Shown one piece after another: positions 52,347 to 60,106 of a stretch of 64,000 nucleotides of DNA. Location: positions 1 to 64,000 of IMG/VR virus record IMGVR_UViG_3300032092_000011. One strand, written 5' to 3'. The position numbers and the translations under genes were made by a program. The notes under the pieces are model-generated. The model worked only from the letters and a program-made list of their open reading frames with translations. It had not been told where the DNA came from and ran no database searches. Source of the stretch: a virus. The first letter of the stretch is position 1; each line of letters opens with the position of its first letter.

Positions 52347-52426
52347 GATAAGTCCTATTCTTTTTTTATCAGTTTATATATTCTTGACAAAAAAGAATAG
52401 GACCAGTTAAATGATATATACTTGGC

Positions 52427-52873
52427 TTAATTGTTAGAATCTGAACCGTCTAAATTGGCTCCTACAGCATAGTGTGCCATATATTCTTCACGGCTCATAG
52501 CATGTTGAGATGCTAAATGTGCAATTTGATCGCGATCAAAATTAGGATCTGGAGTTGGAACTTGAACATTTGAAGTTCCAATGTTTTTAACAGACCAAAG
52601 TCCATAAGTTAAAACTTGTGGATTTCCAGCATTAGGATTAGTTACAATAACATCATCTTCAATGCCTTCTTGTAATTTATGAAAATTTTGGCTTGCTTGT
52701 GTAATATAGTTTTCAGCTTTTGCAATATGGTCTTGAATCCAACCTGGAATATCAAATTCCATAGTACCAATTTTACCTTGCAACTCGGTGGCCGCATCAA
52801 TAATAGCCTTTAAACTATTATGTGCCATTGAAACTTCATGGTCTCCAGCTTCTTTAATAAGTTTTTTACTCAT
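52427..52873 (-). CDS. putative head-associated protein
   Basis: LIKEA N-terminus; DHEVSMA...IPGWIQDHIAKA motif recalled from T4-like environmental phage proteins. Confidence 0.65.
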   Translation of the reverse strand: MSKKLIKEAGDHEVSMAHNSLKAIIDAATELQGKIGTMEFDIPGWIQDHIAKAENYITQASQNFHKLQEGIEDDVIVTNPNAGNPQVLTYGLWSVKNIGTSNVQVPTPDPNFDRDQIAHLASQHAMSREEYMAHYAVGANLDGSDSNN

Positions 52874-52906
52874 CGGAATTGTATAATTTTTCTATTCTAT
52901 ATATCT

Positions 52907-53476
52907 TTATTGGAAAAGTTCCTTCAGATCATAGTCATCGATGGTCTTTTTAAGAGCTTGAATATAATGAGGTGCTTCAGCATAGCTAGCAGAAAGATAT
53001 TGATAATATGCTTCTTCAGAATTTATACTACCTAAATAACGAGCTTGGTAAAATGCATAATCATAAACTGATTCTCTCCAAGTATTATAATATGCATGGT
53101 TATTTTGAGTACCAGATGATGTTGTAACTCTAGCTCGAGCCTCTTTCATGCCAAATAGATTATTGTTCTCACGAAAGATGTGGCTTTTCCAGTGACCAGT
53201 TTCAACCATCGATTGAGCTAATGGAATCCATGGATATTTGATATTTAAATCTTTCATCATCATGACGAGTTTATCCTTGGTAAAAACATCATGTTGTTTG
53301 ATTTCTATCACTCTCTCCATATCAGACATTCCCTCTAAAGCCTTCATTTTACCACGTTGATAGGAAATGTACATTGTTAAACAATATGCTGTCGTGATGA
53401 TTGTAAATACACGTAAATAAGCCTTGAAACTTATTTTTTCGTGGATAATCTTTGATTTATTGTAACGATATAACAT
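52907..53476 (-). CDS. GH73 glucosaminidase with N-terminal TM anchor (start MLYRYNK)
   Basis: LAQSMVETG, NNLFGMK, YAEAPHY motifs; early-type promoter at ~53496-53538. Confidence 0.85.
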   Translation of the reverse strand: MLYRYNKSKIIHEKISFKAYLRVFTIITTAYCLTMYISYQRGKMKALEGMSDMERVIEIKQHDVFTKDKLVMMMKDLNIKYPWIPLAQSMVETGHWKSHIFRENNNLFGMKEARARVTTSSGTQNNHAYYNTWRESVYDYAFYQARYLGSINSEEAYYQYLSASYAEAPHYIQALKKTIDDYDLKELFQ

Positions 53477-53603
53477 AATCTTATTTTTGTTTACAATGTA
53501 AATATAAACAAAATTTTTCAAACGGTAAAACTTTTTTTGAAAAAAAGTGAAAAAAAGTGAAAAAAGTTTAGAGAGCAAAGTCAAGTGCTGACCCGGCGTA
53601 CCT

Positions 53604-53933
53604 TCATTTGCTCTCTACTTGTTCGTCTTTACGACGCAAATAAAAGTATAAGCCAAAAAATGATGCTGATCCTAGGTAAAATATTCCAGACGTCATCCAA
53701 TAAGAATTTGTCCATTGCATTACAGTATAAAAAGCTGCGTCGAAACCCAGGGGGTTCAGAAAGGTCGCTATCACCAAGGCAGCAGTTGCTCGATTCTTTT
53801 TGATTATTTTTCTCACGTTGTATACTGTCTCCGTCCATATTATTAGGTTGTGATTTGTTGACCATAGTCGACAATCTATATATCTTTTAAAAGAAAAAAG
53901 CACCTTGTTTCCAAAGTGCTTTAATTTTTTCAT
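53604..53933 (-). CDS. membrane protein (start MKKLKHF)
   Basis: Two TM segments around FLNPLGFDA; ATGA coupling to upstream ORF. Confidence 0.6.
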   Translation of the reverse strand: MKKLKHFGNKVLFSFKRYIDCRLWSTNHNLIIWTETVYNVRKIIKKNRATAALVIATFLNPLGFDAAFYTVMQWTNSYWMTSGIFYLGSASFFGLYFYLRRKDEQVESK

Positions 53934-54130
53934 GCTGGACCTCCAACTCCGAAATAGACCCACCAATCTGACTCATCGTTTTCATCGATGTGAAAATACG
54001 AAAGATAGTCAATATTCTCATGGAGACTATTTTCTAAACTTTCTAATTTCTCGCACACAGACTTTACCGGGTTTGTCTTACTGGGATCATTTTCAGAAGG
54101 ACGTAACAGCTCTTCTGATAAATGTTCCAT
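53930..54130 (-). CDS. hypothetical protein
   Basis: Acidic 66 aa ORF. Confidence 0.5.
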   Translation of the reverse strand: MEHLSEELLRPSENDPSKTNPVKSVCEKLESLENSLHENIDYLSYFHIDENDESDWWVYFGVGGPA

Positions 54131-54227
54131 AGTGCTGAAAAATGATGTTTTTGGTGTGAAGTAGAATTACTTCTCAATCTATATATTATAATAATACTAA
54201 AATGTTTACTCTTTAGAGTGAAATATT

Positions 54228-54650
54228 TTAATTTTGTTGTGTTATCTTACTGTTAACATAATCAGTCAAATCTTTAACACTTCCTCTAAATGCTCTAATA
54301 TCTACTAATCTTTTATCTTCACCTGGATCTCCAACAAATGTATCAGAATCTTTAGATTCATTAAGATTATTCATAATGATAATTTCAACATCTAATGGAC
54401 TAAATGTGTTTGATAAAATACCAATGTCTTCTAAATTGGCTCTAACTTGTTTTGCTGCTTTTTCAGCATCTTTTCCAATAAGAGTTTTATGTTTCTTTAA
54501 AGCATCTTCAATTTCACGAAGTGCTTCTTTTGGAATATAATTAACATGAAGTTGTGCAGTACTATCTAGCGCATCTAAAATATTCTTTGCAATCTTAGAA
54601 AGATTAGCAGCCTCATTTACATGTTGTTCGTATAACTTAATATGCTTCAT
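54228..54650 (-). CDS. putative internal head protein (CTS-like tag)
   Basis: MKHIKLYEQHVNEA. Confidence 0.7.
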   Translation of the reverse strand: MKHIKLYEQHVNEAANLSKIAKNILDALDSTAQLHVNYIPKEALREIEDALKKHKTLIGKDAEKAAKQVRANLEDIGILSNTFSPLDVEIIIMNNLNESKDSDTFVGDPGEDKRLVDIRAFRGSVKDLTDYVNSKITQQN

Positions 54651-54654
54651 GTTA

Positions 54655-55155
54655 TTATTTTATTTGTTGAATAGTATATTCAATTAGTTCTAGCGCTGGT
54701 TTTTCTAAATCTTTATCCATTTTAAAGATAGCGCGTTTATTAAAGGGTTCAAAGTTCATATCAAAATACTTCTTAGCAGCAATAAAGATATCTGCAACTT
54801 TTTTTGCTATACCCTTTGGATCTGCTTTAAGTTCATCAATAGTGAGTGTTATGGTATCACCGATAGATTTACGATAGAGTTTCACACCTTTATCATCTTC
54901 AGAACCACACCCTACTTTAACATAAAGCTTATTATCACGGTTTGAATGCTCAATAACTATAAGAACATTACTAGGTAATCCGAGGTAATTCAAGTACTTA
55001 CCCCCAAATACTTCACCTGAATAGTAAATGTAATTTGTGCCGTGATGATTATTTATAATTTCTGGGTTTCTTCCATTCCAAAGAGCAGCATTAATAGTCA
55101 ATCTTTCTGCTTTTTCTTCGTTAATAAAATGTTCGAATAACTTAATATGCTTCAT
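54655..55155 (-). CDS. putative internal head protein (CTS-like tag)
   Basis: MKHIKLFEHFINEE. Confidence 0.7.
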   Translation of the reverse strand: MKHIKLFEHFINEEKAERLTINAALWNGRNPEIINNHHGTNYIYYSGEVFGGKYLNYLGLPSNVLIVIEHSNRDNKLYVKVGCGSEDDKGVKLYRKSIGDTITLTIDELKADPKGIAKKVADIFIAAKKYFDMNFEPFNKRAIFKMDKDLEKPALELIEYTIQQIK

Positions 55156-55159
55156 GTTA

Positions 55160-55750
55160 TTATTTTAATTTTTTATCATGACCGCCATCTCTAACTTCTT
55201 TGGCTAAATCCTTGTCAGCTTTACCCCAAGTTCCATCACCTTTAGTAAGGAATGAATTTACTCGAGCATAACCCCATTGCTGTTGATTAGCTCCAGGTCT
55301 GTGGCCTGTTTTCCAAGCTGCCATACCACGTCTCATTACTGCTCTAAGAATTCCAATTGGAACTCCGGTCTCTTCAGATTTATTCTTTAAACCAGTTTCA
55401 ATAGCATCATCATCAATAGGACTTCTATCAGTTGATTGTTCTACTTCCTCGACGATTCTTGAAATTTCTACACTAGTATATTCAAAAGCCTCATCCTTCT
55501 TATCACCGTATAATTCATGATAAGTTTTAGTATGTTTAGATGTTTTTACCTTTCCTTTTTCTCTAGCCTCTTCATCTCCAGGTAATTCTTTATAGGCTTT
55601 TGGATTATCATCATCCATTTCAGCCTGTTTCTTCATCTGTTCTTTCTTATCCTCTTCAGTTTCATCATCTAATCCAGTCATATAAGGGTCTGGACCGCGC
55701 TTTTTATCAGCTTCAATAACGTATTGTTCGTATAGTTTAATGAATTTCAT
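55160..55750 (-). CDS. putative internal head protein, DUF5824-like C-terminal domain
   Basis: MKFIKLYEQYVIEA; GILRAVMRRGMAAWKTGHRPGA.QQQWGYARVNSFL. Confidence 0.7.
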   Translation of the reverse strand: MKFIKLYEQYVIEADKKRGPDPYMTGLDDETEEDKKEQMKKQAEMDDDNPKAYKELPGDEEAREKGKVKTSKHTKTYHELYGDKKDEAFEYTSVEISRIVEEVEQSTDRSPIDDDAIETGLKNKSEETGVPIGILRAVMRRGMAAWKTGHRPGANQQQWGYARVNSFLTKGDGTWGKADKDLAKEVRDGGHDKKLK

Positions 55751-55759
55751 TATAAACAA

Positions 55760-57316
55760 TTAGTTTTTTGGCCATAAAAATACTGTTCCTGGATCGCCAA
55801 ATTGGCCATACCAACCGCATTTATCTAAGAATTTAGCAAGATCTTTATGTATTCCTTGTGGATATTTAGATCCACCATGATAATAGTTAAACATATCATC
55901 TTTAGCATTTGGCATTAATTTACCTTCACTACCACCTAACCAAATACCGCCTTCTTCGCCATCAAATTCTTCAGAAGTTTTTACAAAACTAAGGCCATAT
56001 TTATCACGCATTGTAGTCATCATTTCATCTCTTGTTAAGATTTTAGCTTCATTAACTTTAGATTCAAAAGCTTTATCTTTTTTAGGAGCAGGAAGAATAT
56101 CACCGGGTTGAGGTAATTTATCATATTGTTTTAACCAATTCTCCTCAAGCATCATACCAAACATTCCATGGAATCTTTTATCTGGAACCTTTGAAGTATC
56201 AGGAAAACTTGACATGATTACTTTATTAACATTAATAACGTAGATTTCATCGGCTTTAGTATCAATTGCATAAGTTACTAAAGTTTTTTCGTAATCTTTA
56301 GCCTTAAACATTGCTTCATTAACAAACATCTCTTCATTCCAAACTACCATTCCACCAGCATCTTCAATATGAATTTTTGCTCTAGGATATTCTCTACGTA
56401 ATGCTTCAAATTCAGCAGGTAAAATTTCTTTAGTTTTAATATCAATTCTTTGACCTACTACTTTTTTATTCTCAATAGCAACTAGTGACCAAGGACCAGA
56501 ACCTCCAGCCTTAACACCTCTCATCATTTTTGCCCACGATGTAGTTGCTTCTTCAAATATACCATTAGATGCTAAATCAAAAAGAATTTCAGCAATCTTT
56601 TTAGCCTTTGAGCCTTTATGGCCATAACCGCTTACAGTTTCTTCTGCTTCATCTTTGGTCATATCACCAAGTTCCCATGGATCATATTCTCCTAATAAAT
56701 CTTGAAGAATTGCTTTTGCTTCTTTTTCTTCAGCAGATTCATTAACAAATGATTCTTCAATTTTCTTAGCAGCTAATTTAGAATCTTTCTTAGAAACATT
56801 ATCTAAGTAAGAACCATCTCCCCACCAAGCAACAACTGCTTCAGTATCTGCTGTAGAATGAAAACCTGATCCAGCTTTATAGATTGCAATTTCTTTGCAT
56901 TTACCTGATGCAATCTTCTCTTTAGTAAATAACATTGCGTCTTTCTCAGATTTAAACTTTTTAGCAGCACGAACTCCATCGGAATAATGTACTTCAAAAG
57001 CTTCGGTTATGAATGATTCTTCAATATAGCTCCAAACTTCTCCATCTAATTCACCAGCACTTAAACCTTCTCCATCAAATGAACCAGAATTTAATTCTTT
57101 ATCATCTCCGTCATAAATGGTCCACCAAATGTCATCACCATCATTGTCTATTTCAAGCCTTCTTTCTTCACCATCTTCATCATAATATTTAGAAGCTAGT
57201 TTGCCTTTTACATCCCAACCATCTCTTTTTAAATCAGATAAAACTGACGACCATGATGAACTACCAACTCTAGCGGCTTCACCAATAAAATGTTCAAATA
57301 ATCTTACTTTTTTCAT
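55760..57316 (-). CDS. multi-domain putative internal head polyprotein
   Basis: MKKVRLFEHFIGEA; internal EESFITEA, EESFVNES, IFEEA, EEMFVNEA, FESKVNEA. Confidence 0.7.
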   Translation of the reverse strand: MKKVRLFEHFIGEAARVGSSSWSSVLSDLKRDGWDVKGKLASKYYDEDGEERRLEIDNDGDDIWWTIYDGDDKELNSGSFDGEGLSAGELDGEVWSYIEESFITEAFEVHYSDGVRAAKKFKSEKDAMLFTKEKIASGKCKEIAIYKAGSGFHSTADTEAVVAWWGDGSYLDNVSKKDSKLAAKKIEESFVNESAEEKEAKAILQDLLGEYDPWELGDMTKDEAEETVSGYGHKGSKAKKIAEILFDLASNGIFEEATTSWAKMMRGVKAGGSGPWSLVAIENKKVVGQRIDIKTKEILPAEFEALRREYPRAKIHIEDAGGMVVWNEEMFVNEAMFKAKDYEKTLVTYAIDTKADEIYVINVNKVIMSSFPDTSKVPDKRFHGMFGMMLEENWLKQYDKLPQPGDILPAPKKDKAFESKVNEAKILTRDEMMTTMRDKYGLSFVKTSEEFDGEEGGIWLGGSEGKLMPNAKDDMFNYYHGGSKYPQGIHKDLAKFLDKCGWYGQFGDPGTVFLWPKN

Positions 57317-57344
57317 TGTTTAACTATATTTTATAGTCTATATA

Positions 57345-57797
57345 TTACTTTGATAAAAGATAATCTAAAACTATGCTCCAATCTTTGAAATTAGGCTGTC
57401 CAAATTGAATCCATTCACCTTTAAATTCTGCGGCGCCATTATTTGGTCGATCATCAATAAGATAATCACCAATGCAAAGGTCTTTACGATGAGAAAGGAT
57501 TAAACGTTTATGTGCATATTTACCAAGATGTTGTTGAACCCATCTGCGCTTTGCACTGAAAGCACTTACGTTGCTCCAAGGAGCAGTGCTTAAGAAATAA
57601 ATGTCGTATTTGTCCCAAAGTGTCTTGATAGCTTCAATGGCTCCAGGCATTGGATCTGGATCATCAAATAGATGTTTATCAATCGAAGTTAATTTACCTA
57701 GTTTTGAAACAGCATCGGCGCCATGGCGCTTAATAGCATGATTTTCTAGGTCGACCATGACTCCGTCAAGGTCAATATACAGGATTTTCTTATTCAT
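57345..57797 (-). CDS. 5'(3')-deoxyribonucleotidase (NT5C, HAD)
   Basis: YIDLDGV, PMPGAIEA, LSTAPW, GDYLIDDR. Confidence 0.9.
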   Translation of the reverse strand: MNKKILYIDLDGVMVDLENHAIKRHGADAVSKLGKLTSIDKHLFDDPDPMPGAIEAIKTLWDKYDIYFLSTAPWSNVSAFSAKRRWVQQHLGKYAHKRLILSHRKDLCIGDYLIDDRPNNGAAEFKGEWIQFGQPNFKDWSIVLDYLLSK

Positions 57798-57798
57798 A

Positions 57799-58014
57799 TT
57801 ATCGTTCTAAAATTACAAATGTACCAAAATGTTTATCAAAAACTTGAACTAAATGTTCATAATCACCAGCAATCATTTCTCCAATTATTTGATCTTTATT
57901 TAAACCGAGTTGGCTTGCTAATCTGGTCGCAGTTCCCATTAAGAAGAATGCGTTTCCTTGAGGACCAGTAAGATCGATAATAATTTCTGAAGATTGTTGT
58001 TTTTCTCTAATCAT
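57799..58014 (-). CDS. conserved phage hypothetical protein
   Basis: IDLTGPQGNAFFLMG...GDYEHL..FD..FG; early-type promoter at ~58032-58076. Confidence 0.75.
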   Translation of the reverse strand: MIREKQQSSEIIIDLTGPQGNAFFLMGTATRLASQLGLNKDQIIGEMIAGDYEHLVQVFDKHFGTFVILER

Positions 58015-58111
58015 ATTCTTTTCTAATTAATGATATGTAAATATAAACAATTTTCTTTAAATGGTAAAACTTTTTTCACCATTTTCAAAAAAAGTTATTA
58101 ACATTTTTAAA

Positions 58112-58411
58112 TTAATCACCAGAATCAATATGATATGCATCACCGCAGTGAATACATTCATGTCTGTGATAACAATTACTTATTGTTTTAGAAACATATT
58201 CATGAGTACATGGCGTTCCGTCTGGTCGTAGTTTAACTTCTCCAGTTGGTCGACCAAACATGTATTGGCTTCCACAGTTTCCACATCCCAAGGTATGAGT
58301 TTCTTTATCATACCCAGAATAAATGCGACAATATCTTTCTTGTTCTGGTTTTACTGGAACTCTTTTGGTTCCATTGCAAACGGGACAGGTTCCCTTTAGA
58401 TTCGTATTCAT
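58112..58411 (-). CDS. Zn-finger protein
   Basis: CPVC, CGNC, CTH, CIHC; early-type promoter at ~58423-58462. Confidence 0.75.
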   Translation of the reverse strand: MNTNLKGTCPVCNGTKRVPVKPEQERYCRIYSGYDKETHTLGCGNCGSQYMFGRPTGEVKLRPDGTPCTHEYVSKTISNCYHRHECIHCGDAYHIDSGD

Positions 58412-58474
58412 ATTGATTAATTTATGTAAATATAATCAATTTCCATGAAACGAAAAAACTTTTAGTGAATTATT

Positions 58475-59209
58475 TTAAGAAATTTTATTCTTGTCTGGAA
58501 CTGACATTTCTTTGATCCATTTCTTACCGATCGGATTCTCAACTGGTTTATGTGCTGATTTGCCAATAATGCGTTCCATTTCACTAACTGTACTATTATC
58601 GCTTCCTGAATTATCAACAATAAACATTTTATTCTTAAAGAAGTTTTGAAAACGACCTAGATTTTGTTGAACTTCTTTCCACATAGATTCAACCATTTCT
58701 GGAGCTAGTGTTCTCTGGCGCATCATATTTCTTTCCTGTGCCACTTCTAGAGAAGTATTTACAAAAATCATATGAACATCATACCCAAAATCTTTCAACA
58801 TAGTAGCCCATCCTGTGATTTTATCATAGTCCTTACCAGTACCATCAATAATCATGCCTAAACGACCATTAATATACGCATCCATTCGGTGCTTAGTAAC
58901 ATTCTTAGCCTTGTCTCTAAGTTTCATTACCTCATCCCAAGTTGTTGCATCATTTTTATAATCACCTAGTTTCGAGGCTTCATAACCCATTCTTTCAAGT
59001 TCATATTGAAATGCAAGATCTGAATTAATTAATTTTAGGCCAGTGCTCATTGAAAGAGTTGAGGTTGAGTCCTCTCTAAAGCCAAAAATTTGATTAACCA
59101 CATAAGATTTACCTGAACCTGGTCCACCAGCCATAAAATAGGCTTTTAGGATCCCTGGATCGTGAACTCCTTCACTAATAAACTGTTCAAATAATTTTAT
59201 ATGTTTCAT
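58475..59209 (-). CDS. zeta-toxin/AAA_33-like P-loop kinase with CTS-like tag (start MKHIKLF)
   Basis: AGGPGSGKS, INSD, IIDGTG, IFVNTSLEVAQERN..R.R. Confidence 0.8.
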   Translation of the reverse strand: MKHIKLFEQFISEGVHDPGILKAYFMAGGPGSGKSYVVNQIFGFREDSTSTLSMSTGLKLINSDLAFQYELERMGYEASKLGDYKNDATTWDEVMKLRDKAKNVTKHRMDAYINGRLGMIIDGTGKDYDKITGWATMLKDFGYDVHMIFVNTSLEVAQERNMMRQRTLAPEMVESMWKEVQQNLGRFQNFFKNKMFIVDNSGSDNSTVSEMERIIGKSAHKPVENPIGKKWIKEMSVPDKNKIS

Positions 59210-59210
59210 A

Positions 59211-59768
59211 TTAATATTCAAATGGAGGTGTTCCGTAATCAGAGTGTTTTACAGCATACCACATGCTAGCAGGACCTTGAATATACCACCAACCACGATC
59301 AGAATCTACCAGTTGATATTCACCTTTTAATTTAACATCTTTAAAACCACCTCTAGAGAAGTTTTTTGTTACTGGAACTCCATCGTCCCAAGTTTTATTA
59401 GTTGATTGAGCTTTAAAAGTTGTACCATCAAATTTACCTAGAAAAACTTTAGCATCATATCCATCAGCTTGCTCATCTTTTGCAAATTGATTAACTGCAC
59501 TTTCATTAGCTTCATTTACAGATTCTTTAACTGCAGCCTTGGCAAGTTTACCTAAATCTTGGTATTTGATGCCATATTTCATCAAACCATCTTCATCAGC
59601 ATACATATCTAAGAATTCTTCCATGCCTTTAACATCACCAGCACTAATTAGTTCATAGTATTCATCCTGTAATTCAGGATCTTCAGGCATCCATTTATCA
59701 ATGTTACCTAACGCATTTTGGATTTTGTCTTCATTAACGAAGCTTTCAAATAATTTTACCTTTTTCAT
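59211..59768 (-). CDS. putative internal head protein (CTS-like tag)
   Basis: MKKVKLFESFVNED; internal VKESVNEANES. Confidence 0.7.
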   Translation of the reverse strand: MKKVKLFESFVNEDKIQNALGNIDKWMPEDPELQDEYYELISAGDVKGMEEFLDMYADEDGLMKYGIKYQDLGKLAKAAVKESVNEANESAVNQFAKDEQADGYDAKVFLGKFDGTTFKAQSTNKTWDDGVPVTKNFSRGGFKDVKLKGEYQLVDSDRGWWYIQGPASMWYAVKHSDYGTPPFEY

Positions 59769-59775
59769 ATACTAT

Positions 59776-60102
59776 TTATTCTAATTCTAAGTTATCAATA
59801 TCACCGCGCTTAATTGCATCTAGTTGTGTCTTAATTTCATGAACTCTCCATTCATAGTCAAAAACTTCATCAGCATTACAGCGACCGCCTTTATGTGCCT
59901 TTTTGATGACTGATAACTCCTTCTTGGCACGTTGTAATTCTTTTTCTAATGCCTCTTGAATAGCATGATTTTTATCAATGGTAACAAGTGAGGGCTGCTG
60001 AGGTTTCTTTTCTTCTTTCGTAACTTGGATTCCAAAGTCGCTAAAGATGTACTGGGCCATTTCAAAACGTGTCATAGTGGTAGAGTTTTTATTTTCCAAC
60101 AA
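59776..60102 (-). CDS. hypothetical coiled-coil protein (start uncertain)
   Basis: ORF in run; alternative ATG at 60075. Confidence 0.6.
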   Translation of the reverse strand: MLENKNSTTMTRFEMAQYIFSDFGIQVTKEEKKPQQPSLVTIDKNHAIQEALEKELQRAKKELSVIKKAHKGGRCNADEVFDYEWRVHEIKTQLDAIKRGDIDNLELE

Positions 60103-60106
60103 CTCT

